Assembly: GCF_030384885.1 (NCBI RefSeq)
Contig: NZ_CP128613.1
Strand: one strand, 5' to 3'
DNA: 64,000 nt
Source: Escherichia coli
Lineage (GTDB): Bacteria; Pseudomonadota; Gammaproteobacteria; Enterobacterales; Enterobacteriaceae
Shown here one piece after another: positions 54,721-64,000 of this stretch. How positions within the stretch are numbered: the stretch's first letter is position 1; the number at the start of each line of letters is the position of its first letter. The notes beneath the pieces are model-generated. The model was not told the origin of the DNA. It saw only the letters and a program-made list of their open reading frames with translations, and ran no database searches. Made by a program: the position numbers and the translations under genes.

Positions 54721-56088
54721 TCAATCATCATCCTTGCAGTTGATAAGAATTTCTGCCTCTTTTACAACTATCTTATTACGTCCGGTTTCTTTCGCTTCAT
54801 ATAGTGCATTATCAGCCATTCGATAGATTTCATTCGGATTTAACGCACTTCCCTGAGTCACCACAGCGCCAATGCTAATCGTCACTTTTTGCGGTATGGC
54901 GTATTCAGGATTATCGCCTGTCAAACGCTCTACATTTGCCCTTATCCTTTCGGCTAAAACTTTCGCGCTTTCAGTATCGGTCTCCGTCAGCAAGACGCCA
55001 AACTCTTCGCCGCCAACGCGTGCTAAAAGGTCATTTGGTCGTATGCTTTTCCCAATGATGCTCACCACTGTTTTTATCACCTGATCGCCAACCGGATGCC
55101 CCCACGTATCGTTAACTTTTTTAAAGTGATCGATATCCATAATCATGACACAATAAGACGTTTTTTGGGCTGATGCTGATTGAGCCTTCAGTTCATTGAA
55201 AAAATAATTCCTGTTAAATATATTAGTTAATGGATCGCGATGGGCAATGTTCTTTGTTACTCGTAGCGCACTGAAAATATGGCACATAAATATTACCATA
55301 ACGGTTAATTTACTGACTACTTCAATAGTGCGGCTAATATACCAAGTGGACACACTATACCTGCTCATAAATAACAGAGAGATATTATACAGCACGGCAC
55401 AGAAAGCAATCACTGATACTCCATTCCAGATATCACAGCGTAAACCATTAAAGTATAGATTAACCAAAAGCAAGATTAACCACATGAAAATCATTATGGT
55501 AACATATGAGGTTTTCCAGACTACCTGACCATTTTCATTTGTTAACTCGGCAATATGTAAACTGTAGTCATCATAATGACTACTTAGCATGTGAGCAACT
55601 GCCGCCCCCCCAAAAATAAAAAATAGACTTATACACAATGTCATTTTTTTGGAAAAAAAACAGCGTTTCTTATTGTTTTCACTAACTTTATTCACCAGCG
55701 CTAGCAATATTAACATGCACAAACTCATCTGACGAAACAAATAATAAATTGCAATATCATTTTGTACAACGCTGCTTATCAAATGCCCCTCAATAAATTG
55801 CTGAATGATAATGACAGTTTTAACAAAGTAAATCAAACAACTCAGAAACGCTAAACTAAGTATGCAGTTTGAAAATTGGACACGATCATAAATGAAATAC
55901 AATTGCATGAAAATAAATGCAACGGTATCGATAAAAAATAAAGCAATCATAACCATTAGATAGGTTGATCGTGGAACAACCTCCTCAACGGTTGGCTGAT
56001 TAAACCAACTATTTACCAAAACGAATGCAAGCCCAAACAATAAGCTCACCAATACAGTACTACTAATTCCCAAATAGTCTTTTTCCAT
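54721..56088 (-). CDS. dgcT: diguanylate cyclase DgcT (YcdT), membrane MASE-type sensor + GGDEF
   Basis: ORF 54721..56178 (485 aa) with multi-TM N-terminal region and C-terminal GGEEF motif (RVGGEEFGVLL); start placed at internal MEKDYL. Confidence 0.85.
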   Translation of the reverse strand: MEKDYLGISSTVLVSLLFGLAFVLVNSWFNQPTVEEVVPRSTYLMVMIALFFIDTVAFIFMQLYFIYDRVQFSNCILSLAFLSCLIYFVKTVIIIQQFIEGHLISSVVQNDIAIYYLFRQMSLCMLILLALVNKVSENNKKRCFFSKKMTLCISLFFIFGGAAVAHMLSSHYDDYSLHIAELTNENGQVVWKTSYVTIMIFMWLILLLVNLYFNGLRCDIWNGVSVIAFCAVLYNISLLFMSRYSVSTWYISRTIEVVSKLTVMVIFMCHIFSALRVTKNIAHRDPLTNIFNRNYFFNELKAQSASAQKTSYCVMIMDIDHFKKVNDTWGHPVGDQVIKTVVSIIGKSIRPNDLLARVGGEEFGVLLTETDTESAKVLAERIRANVERLTGDNPEYAIPQKVTISIGAVVTQGSALNPNEIYRMADNALYEAKETGRNKIVVKEAEILINCKDDD

Positions 56089-56439
56089 AAAGCTACACCA
56101 ATCTGTAGGTTGTAGATCCCTTTCTGTCACTAATAGATATAAGAACTGTACTGTTGTCAATATAAAAATCCACCACAAACAATACCAATGATGATAGTTG
56201 CAGACCGCAATTATTATTACCTTAGTGCTTTATACATTCTTCGCGACAAGACAGGCTTGCAAATACATATAAATGGTTATAAGGAAATCCTTATAAAACA
56301 TTAATTCATAGATATATTAGGAATAACAATTGAATCCGTGAGTACAGTAACGCTGCATTTCATCAGGACTTTCGAAAAATCCGATATCATGCATCGGAAT
56401 TTACTGATTTAATTATTTTAATCCTAATTTATTTTGAAA

Positions 56440-56676
56440 AAGGCATTGGGATTTATGCCGTATTCCTGAAGTTCCTCATCATTGGAATGGATTTTCGGGC
56501 GAGAAAAGGATTTTATATGGATACTCTACTCATCATTTCTTCTTCTCATCATCAACAATTCACGTCTCTCTTCCGCGTTTAATAACGGATTATGATGTGC
56601 AAAAAAATATCTTTCGTTTCAGTTACCTGTAATTAGATACAGAGAGAGATTTTGGCAATACATGGAGTAATACAGG
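56440..56676 (+). promoter_or_regulatory. pgaA: pgaA long 5' leader (CsrA-regulated in K-12); 5' boundary approximate
   Basis: About 590-bp gap between divergent dgcT and pgaA; several GGA motifs including ACAGGATGT directly over the pgaA start codon. Confidence 0.55.
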
Positions 56677-59100
56677 ATGTATTCAAGTAGCAGAAAAAGG
56701 TGCCCGAAAACCAAATGGGCTTTGAAAATTCTTACTGCCGCATTTTTAGCAGCGAGTCCCGCGGCGAAGAGTGCTGTTAATAATGCCTATGATGCATTGA
56801 TTATCGAAGCTCGCAAGGGAAATACTCAGCCAGCTTTGTTATGGTTTGCACAAAAATCAGCACTCAGTAATAACCAAATTGCTGACTGGTTACAGATTGC
56901 CTTATGGGCCGGGCAAGATAAACAGGTTATTACCGTTTACAACCGCTACCGTCATCAGCAATTACCAGCGCGTGGTTATGCAGCTGTCGCCGTCGCTTAT
57001 CGTAACCTGCAACAATGGCAAAACTCGCTTACACTGTGGCAAAAGGCACTCTCTCTGGAGTCGCAAAATAAGGATTATCAACGGGGACAAATTTTAACCC
57101 TGGCAGATGCGGGTCACTATGATTCTGCGCTGGTTAAACTTAAGCAGCTTAACTCTGGAGCACCGGACAAAGCTAATTTACTCGCAGAAGCCTATATCTA
57201 TAAACTGGCGGGGCGGCATGAGGATGAATTACGGGCGATGACAGGGTCATTACCTGAAAATGCCTTAACGCAACAATATCCCACAGAATACGTGCAGGCA
57301 TTACGGAATAATCAACTTGCTGCCGCGATTGACGATGCCAATTTAACGCCAGATATTTGCGCTGATATTCATGCCGAACTGGTCAGACTGTCGTTTATGC
57401 CTACGCGCAGTGAAAGTGAACGTTATGCCATTGCCGATCGCGCCCTCGCCCAATACGCTGCATTAGAAATTCTGTGGCATGATAACCCTGACCGCACTGC
57501 CCAGTACCAGCGTATTCAGGTTGATCATCTTGGCGCGTTATTAACTCGCGATCGTTATAAAGACGTTATTTCTCACTATCAGCGTTTAAAAAAGACGGGG
57601 CAAATTATTCCGCCCTGGGCGCAATATTGGGTTGCGTCGGCTTATCTCAAAGAACATCAGCCAAAAAAAGCACAGTCAATAATGACAGAGCTCTTTTATC
57701 ACAAGGAGACCATTGCCCCGGATTTATCCGATGAAGAACTTGCGGATCTCTTTTACAGCCACCTGGAGAGTGAAAATTATCCCGGCGCGCTAACTGTCAC
57801 CCAACATACCATTAATACTTCGCCGCCTTTCCTTCGGTTAATGGGCACGCCTACGAGCATCCCGAATGATACCTGGTTACAGGGGCATTCGTTTCTCTCA
57901 ACCGTAGCAAAATATAGTAATGATCTTCCTCAGGCTGAAATGACAGCCAGAGAGCTTGCTTATAACGCACCAGGAAATCAGGGACTGCGCATTGATTACG
58001 CGAGTGTGTTACAAGCCCGCGGTTGGCCTCGTGCGGCAGAAAATGAATTAAAAAAAGCAGAAGTGATCGAGCCACGTAATATTAATCTGGAGGTTGAACA
58101 AGCCTGGACAGCATTAACGTTACAAGAATGGCAGCAGACAGCGGTCTTAACGCACGATATTGTCGAACGTGAACCGCAAGATCCCGGCGTTGTACGTTTA
58201 AAACGTGCGGTTGATGTACATAATCTTGCAGAGCTTCGTATCGCTGGTTCAACAGGAATTGATGCCGAAGGTCCGGATAGTGGCAAACATGATGTCGACT
58301 TAACCACCATCGTTTATTCACCACCGCTGAATGATAACTGGCGCGGTTTTGCTGGATTCGGTTATGCCGATGGACAATTTAGCGAAGGAAAAGGGATTAT
58401 TCGCGACTGGCTTGCGGGTGTTGAGTGGCGGTCACGTAATATCTGGCTTGAGGCGGAGTACACCGAACGCTTTTTCAATCATGAGCATAAACCCGGCGCG
58501 CGCCTGTCTGGCTGGTATGATTTTAATGATAACTGGCGTATTGGTTCGCAACTGGAACGCCTCTCTCACCGCGTTCCATTACGGGCAATGAAAAATGGTG
58601 TTACAGGCAACAGTGCACAGGCTTATGTTCGCTGGTATCAAAATGAGCGGCGTAAGTACGGTGTCTCTTGGGCTTTCACTGATTTTTCTGACAGTAATCA
58701 GCGTCATGAAGTCTCACTTGAGGGTCAGGAACGCATCTGGTCTTCACCATATTTGATTGTCGATATCCTCCCCAATCTGTATTACGAACAAAATACAGAA
58801 CACGACACCCCATACTACAACCCTATAAAAATGTTCGATATTGTTCCGGCATTTGAGGCAAGTCATTTGTTATGGCGAAGCTATGAAAATAGCTGGGAGC
58901 AAATCTTCAGCGCAGGTGTTGGTGCCTCCTGGCAAAAACATTATGGCACGGATGTCGTCACCCAACTCGGCTACGGGCAACGCATTAGCTGGAATGACGT
59001 GATTGATGCTGGCGCAACGCTACGCTGGGAAAAACGTCCTTATGACGGTGACAGAGAACACAACTTATACGTTGAATTCGATATGACATTCAGATTTTAA
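56677..59100 (+). CDS. pgaA: poly-beta-1,6-N-acetylglucosamine export porin PgaA
   Basis: 807-aa ORF with signal peptide, TPR-like N-terminal half and beta-barrel C-terminus. Confidence 0.95.
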   Translation: MYSSSRKRCPKTKWALKILTAAFLAASPAAKSAVNNAYDALIIEARKGNTQPALLWFAQKSALSNNQIADWLQIALWAGQDKQVITVYNRYRHQQLPARGYAAVAVAYRNLQQWQNSLTLWQKALSLESQNKDYQRGQILTLADAGHYDSALVKLKQLNSGAPDKANLLAEAYIYKLAGRHEDELRAMTGSLPENALTQQYPTEYVQALRNNQLAAAIDDANLTPDICADIHAELVRLSFMPTRSESERYAIADRALAQYAALEILWHDNPDRTAQYQRIQVDHLGALLTRDRYKDVISHYQRLKKTGQIIPPWAQYWVASAYLKEHQPKKAQSIMTELFYHKETIAPDLSDEELADLFYSHLESENYPGALTVTQHTINTSPPFLRLMGTPTSIPNDTWLQGHSFLSTVAKYSNDLPQAEMTARELAYNAPGNQGLRIDYASVLQARGWPRAAENELKKAEVIEPRNINLEVEQAWTALTLQEWQQTAVLTHDIVEREPQDPGVVRLKRAVDVHNLAELRIAGSTGIDAEGPDSGKHDVDLTTIVYSPPLNDNWRGFAGFGYADGQFSEGKGIIRDWLAGVEWRSRNIWLEAEYTERFFNHEHKPGARLSGWYDFNDNWRIGSQLERLSHRVPLRAMKNGVTGNSAQAYVRWYQNERRKYGVSWAFTDFSDSNQRHEVSLEGQERIWSSPYLIVDILPNLYYEQNTEHDTPYYNPIKMFDIVPAFEASHLLWRSYENSWEQIFSAGVGASWQKHYGTDVVTQLGYGQRISWNDVIDAGATLRWEKRPYDGDREHNLYVEFDMTFRF

Positions 59101-59108
59101 GGATAAAT

Positions 59109-61127
59109 ATGTTACGTAATGGAAATAAATATCTCCTGATGCTGGTGAGTATAATTATGCTCACTGCGTGCATTAGCCAGTCAAGAACATCATTTATACC
59201 GCCACAGGATCGCGAATCTTTACTCGCCGAGCAACCGTGGCCGCATAATGGTTTTGTGGCGATTTCATGGCATAACGTTGAAGACGAAGCTGCCGACCAG
59301 CGTTTTATGTCAGTGCGGACATCAGCACTGCGTGAACAATTTGCCTGGCTGCGCGAGAACGGTTATCAACCGGTCAGTATTGCTCAAATTCGTGAAGCAC
59401 ATCGAGGAGGAAAACCGCTACCGGAAAAAGCAGTAGTGCTGACTTTTGATGACGGCTACCAGAGTTTTTATACCCGCGTCTTCCCAATTCTTCAGGCCTT
59501 CCAGTGGCCTGCTGTATGGGCCCCCGTCGGCAGTTGGGTCGATACGCCAGCGGATGAACAAGTAAAATTTGGCGATGAGATGGTCGATCGAGAATATTTT
59601 GCCACGTGGCAACAAGTGCGAGAAGTTGCGCGTTCCCGGCTCGTTGAGGTCGCTTCTCATACATGGAATTCTCACTACGGTATTCAGGCTAATGCCACCG
59701 GCAGCTTATTGCCTGTATATGTAAATCGTGCATATTTTACTGACCACGCACGGTATGAAACCGCAGCAGAATACCGGGAAAGAATTCGTCTGGATGCTGT
59801 AAAAATGACGGAATACCTGCGTACAAAGGCTAAGGTAAATCCACACGTTTTTGTTTGGCCTTATGGTGAAGCGAATGGCATAGCGATAGAGGAATTAAAA
59901 AAACTCGGTTATGACATGTTCTTCACCCTTGAATCAGGTTTGGCAAATGCGTCACAATTGGATTCCATTCCGCGAGTATTAATCGCCAATAATCCCTCAT
60001 TAAAAGAGTTTGCCCAGCAAATTATTACCGTACAGGAAAAATCATCACAACGGGTAATGCATATCGATCTTGATTACGTTTATGACGAAAACCGCCAGCA
60101 AATGGATCGCAATATTGATGTGCTAATTCAGCGGGTGAAAGATATGCAAATATCAACCGTGTATTTGCAGGCATTTGCTGATCCCGATGGTGATGGGCTG
60201 GTCAAAGAGGTCTGGTTTCCAAATCGTTTGCTACCAATGAAAGCAGATATTTTTAGTCGGGTTGCCTGGCAATTACGTACCCGCTCAGGTGTAAACATCT
60301 ATGCGTGGATGCCGGTATTAAGCTGGGATTTAGATCCCACATTAACGCGAGTAAAATATTTACCAACAGGGGAGAAAAAAGCACAAATTCATCCTGAACA
60401 ATATCGCCGTCTATCTCCTTTTGATGACAGGGTCAGAGCACAAGTTGGCATGTTATATGAAGATCTTGCCGGACATGCTGCTTTTGATGGCATATTGTTC
60501 CACGATGATGCTTTGCTTTCAGATTATGAAGATGCCAGTGCACCGGCTATCACGGCTTATCAGCAAGCAGGCTTTAGCGGGAGTCTGAGCGAAATTCGAC
60601 AAAACCCGGAGCAATTTAAACAGTGGACCCGCTTTAAAAGTCGTGCGTTAACTGACTTCACTTTAGAACTTAGTGCGCGCGTAAAAGCCATTCGCGGTCC
60701 ACATGTTAAAACTGCACGAAATATTTTTGCACTTCCGGTAATACAACCTGAAAGTGAAGCCTGGTTTGCACAGAATTATGCTGATTTCCTAAAAAGCTAT
60801 GACTGGACCGCTATTATGGCTATGCCTTATATGGAAGGTGTCGCAGAAAAATCGGCTGACCAATGGTTAATACAATTGACCAATCAAATTAAAAACATCC
60901 CTCAGGCTAAAGACAAATCTATTTTAGAATTACAGGCACAAAACTGGCAGAAAAATGGTCAGCATCAGGCTATTTCTTCGCAACAACTCGCTCACTGGAT
61001 GAGCCTATTACAACTGAATGGAATGAAAAACTATGGTTATTATCCCGACAATTTTCTGCATAACCAACCTGAAATAGACGTTATTCGTCCTGAGTTTTCA
61101 ACAGCCTGGTATCCGAAAAATGATTAA
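59109..61127 (+). CDS. pgaB: PGA N-deacetylase lipoprotein PgaB
   Basis: 672-aa ORF with lipobox LTAC and polysaccharide deacetylase motif TFDDGY. Confidence 0.95.
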
Positions 61128-62445
61128 TCGCATCGTATCGTTTTTTATATTATGTCTGGTGTTATGCATACCCCTATGCGTAGCGTACTTTCACTCTGGT
61201 GAACTGATGATGAGGTTCGTTTTCTTCTGGCCGTTTTTTATGTCCATTATGTGGATTGTTGGCGGCGTCTATTTCTGGGTCTATCGTGAACGCCACTGGC
61301 CGTGGGGAGAAAACGCACCAGCTCCCCAGTTGAAAGATAATCCGTCTATCTCCATTATCATTCCCTGTTTTAATGAGGAGAAAAACGTTGAGGAAACCAT
61401 ACACGCCGCTTTAGCACAGCGTTATGAGAACATTGAAGTTATTGCCGTAAATGACGGTTCAACAGACAAAACCCGTGCCATCCTGGATCGCATGGCTGCA
61501 CAAATTCCCCACCTGCGGGTCATTCATCTGGCGCAAAACCAGGGGAAAGCCATTGCGCTTAAAACCGGAGCTGCCGCGGCGAAAAGTGAATATCTGGTGT
61601 GCATTGATGGCGATGCGTTATTAGACCGCGATGCGGCGGCATATATTGTGGAACCGATGTTGTACAACCCGCGTGTGGGTGCCGTAACCGGTAATCCTCG
61701 TATTCGAACACGTTCTACCCTGGTGGGTAAAATTCAGGTTGGCGAGTATTCCTCAATTATTGGTTTGATCAAGCGAACCCAGCGTATCTATGGAAACGTA
61801 TTTACCGTTTCTGGTGTTATTGCCGCATTTCGTCGCAGCGCCCTGGCAGAAGTGGGTTACTGGAGTGACGATATGATCACCGAAGATATTGATATTAGCT
61901 GGAAGCTGCAGTTGAATCAGTGGACGATTTTTTACGAGCCACGGGCGCTGTGCTGGATATTAATGCCTGAAACGTTAAAAGGGCTGTGGAAACAGCGCCT
62001 GCGCTGGGCTCAGGGCGGTGCAGAAGTATTCCTCAAAAATATGACAAGGCTATGGCGCAAAGAAAACTTTCGAATGTGGCCACTGTTTTTTGAATACTGT
62101 CTGACGACAATATGGGCCTTTACCTGCCTGGTCGGTTTCATTATTTACGCAGTCCAACTTGCAGGTGTACCGTTAAATATTGAATTGACACATATCGCTG
62201 CGACACATACTGCCGGAATATTACTGTGTACGTTATGTTTACTGCAATTTATTGTCAGCCTGATGATCGAGAATCGCTATGAGCATAATCTGACTTCATC
62301 GCTTTTCTGGATTATTTGGTTCCCGGTTATTTTCTGGATGCTGAGCCTGGCAACGACATTGGTATCATTTACACGAGTCATGTTGATGCCTAAAAAGCAA
62401 CGCGCCCGTTGGGTAAGTCCCGATCGAGGGATTCTGAGAGGTTAA
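61120..62445 (+). CDS. pgaC: PGA synthase glycosyltransferase PgaC (GT2)
   Basis: 441-aa ORF with GT2 motifs (DGSTD, QRLRW); overlaps pgaB 3' end by 8 nt. Confidence 0.95.
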
Positions 62446-62446
62446 T

Positions 62447-62860
62447 ATGAACAATTTAATTATTACGACCCGACAATCGCCAGTACGTTTAATGGTTGAT
62501 TATGTTGCCACAACCATCTTATGGACATTATTTGCTTTGTTCATATTCTTATTCACCATGGATCTGCTGACGGGTTATTACTGGCAAAGTGAGGCCAGAA
62601 GCCGACTTCAGTTCTATTTTTTGCTGGCAGTGGCGAATGCCGTCGTGTTAATTGTCTGGGCGCTGTACAATAAGCTGCGTTTTCAAAAACAGCAGCATCA
62701 TGCAGCCTACCAATATACGCCGCAAGAATATGCAGAGAGCTTAGCAATACCTGATGAGCTCTATCAGCAACTACAAAAAAGCCACAGGATGAGCGTACAC
62801 TTCACCAGCCAAGGGCAAATAAAAATGGTTGTTTCAGAAAAAGCGCTAGTCCGGGCATAA
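62447..62860 (+). CDS. pgaD: PGA synthase auxiliary protein PgaD
   Basis: 137-aa two-TM ORF starting 2 nt after the pgaC stop. Confidence 0.9.
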   Translation: MNNLIITTRQSPVRLMVDYVATTILWTLFALFIFLFTMDLLTGYYWQSEARSRLQFYFLLAVANAVVLIVWALYNKLRFQKQQHHAAYQYTPQEYAESLAIPDELYQQLQKSHRMSVHFTSQGQIKMVVSEKALVRA

Positions 62861-62909
62861 ACACCCAAAACAAAGCCCGGTTCGCCCGGGCTCTGCACCG
62901 ATAATACAC

Positions 62910-63974
62910 TTAACTGTATGCATGTAGCGTACGTTGGCAAAGTGCCGAACGTACGCAATCCTCTTTACCGAATCGGACGATCCCGACCATTTCATCCTCT
63001 TCGAAACGTTCCAGCGCGTCACTTAATCCGGAGCGCACGCCGCGAGGCAAATCGCATTGCGTGATATCACCGTTGACGATAACCGTCACGTTCTCCCCGA
63101 GGCGGGTTAAAAACATTTTCATTTGCGCGGCAGTCACATTCTGCGCCTCGTCAAGAATGACGACTGCATTTTCAAAGGTACGTCCACGCATATAGGCGAA
63201 CGGCGCAATTTCCACCTTCCCTATTTCCGGTCGCAGGCAGTACTGCATAAAGGAAGCCCCTAAGCGACGGACCAGCACGTCGTAGACCGGGCGAAAATAG
63301 GGAGCAAACTTTTCTGCGATATCACCAGGTAAGAAACCTAGATCTTCATCGGCTTGCAGAACTGGACGGGTGACAATAATCCTGTCGACATCCTTATGTA
63401 TCAGGGCCTCTGCCGCTTTTGCGGCACTGATCCAGGTTTTTCCGCACCCGGCTTCGCCGGTGGCGAATATCAGCTGCTTACTCTCAATAGCCTTCAGATA
63501 GTGCAATTGCGCTTCATTTCGCGCGAGGATGGGCGAGGTATCGCGACTGTCGCGGGCCATACCAATGGCTTCTACGCCGCTCATCTGCACAAGCGAGGTG
63601 ACCGATTCTTCTTCACGCTGCTTATGGCTGCGCGAATCCCGTCTCAGCACACGTTTTGCCTCGCGACGAGCTTTGATCACTGCTTTTTGTCTTCCCATGG
63701 AGAGCACCTTGAGTTGTTTGTATTCATCACACGCGCCGTTGGCAGCGCGATTATGCGCACGAACATCAGAGGGTTGGCTTCCTTGTAAGCCATAGTTTGC
63801 TGTTGGATAAAATGCCGAAAAACGGCTACGCACACCGTTTGCGGCGTCGGTAACACATGAAAAGTAAGGAAGAATTTGAAAATGCAAAGTGACGAGATGA
63901 CTACCGGAGGAGAAATCTCCGCGAGTGGTGGAGCGTTGCTTAACAAAACATTGTCCAGTACAGGACGTTACCAT
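62910..63974 (-). CDS. phoH: PhoH, phosphate-starvation-inducible ATPase
   Basis: 354-aa ORF with Walker A GEAGCGKT and PhoH-family C-terminal domain; convergent with pgaD. Confidence 0.9.
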   Translation of the reverse strand: MVTSCTGQCFVKQRSTTRGDFSSGSHLVTLHFQILPYFSCVTDAANGVRSRFSAFYPTANYGLQGSQPSDVRAHNRAANGACDEYKQLKVLSMGRQKAVIKARREAKRVLRRDSRSHKQREEESVTSLVQMSGVEAIGMARDSRDTSPILARNEAQLHYLKAIESKQLIFATGEAGCGKTWISAAKAAEALIHKDVDRIIVTRPVLQADEDLGFLPGDIAEKFAPYFRPVYDVLVRRLGASFMQYCLRPEIGKVEIAPFAYMRGRTFENAVVILDEAQNVTAAQMKMFLTRLGENVTVIVNGDITQCDLPRGVRSGLSDALERFEEDEMVGIVRFGKEDCVRSALCQRTLHAYS

Positions 63975-64000
63975 CCGCGATCTCCATAGTGACTGACTAT

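Noticed and set aside
54297-54724. Three overlapping minus-strand ORFs (64, 131, 94 aa) across serX and the direct repeats
   Set aside because: They overlap a tRNA gene and a tandem repeat, and their similarity to one another is caused by the DNA repeat. They are not protein genes.

Overview
This window is a gene-dense Escherichia coli-type chromosomal segment, recognised from the ORF translations and colinear with the K-12 region fabF to phoH read in reverse orientation. Gene order: fabF(5' end)-acpP-fabG-fabD-fabH-plsX-rpmF-yceD | yceF | rluC | rne | flgLKJIHGFEDCB | flgAMN | murJ-yceM-yceH-rimJ | mdtH-grxB-yceB-pyrC-dinI-bssS-solA-yceO-yceJ-yceI | trhO | lpxL-mdtG-msyB | yceK-opgHG | opgC | clsC-ymdB-ymdA-csgCAB | csgDEFG | ycdZ-ycdY-ycdX-ghrA | serX tRNA | dgcT | pgaABCD | phoH. 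Almost every ORF longer than 100 codons is a well-characterised housekeeping, flagellar, curli, osmoregulated-glucan or PGA gene. I found no CRISPR array, no IS element, integrase or prophage, no toxin-antitoxin pair and no unassigned multi-gene cluster, so I do not see a previously undescribed system here. The most unusual structure is a tandem ~120-bp direct repeat that starts inside the 3' end of serX and looks like an empty integration-site scar. The other findings are known or likely regulatory RNA and leader regions (rne leader, flgL 3' UTR, pyrC leader, pgaA leader, csgB-csgD intergenic region), REP/BIME repeats, and strain-level differences from K-12 recalled from memory. Gene names and reference protein lengths come from recognition and memory, not a database search; several start codons were placed by matching remembered K-12 lengths and are approximate.
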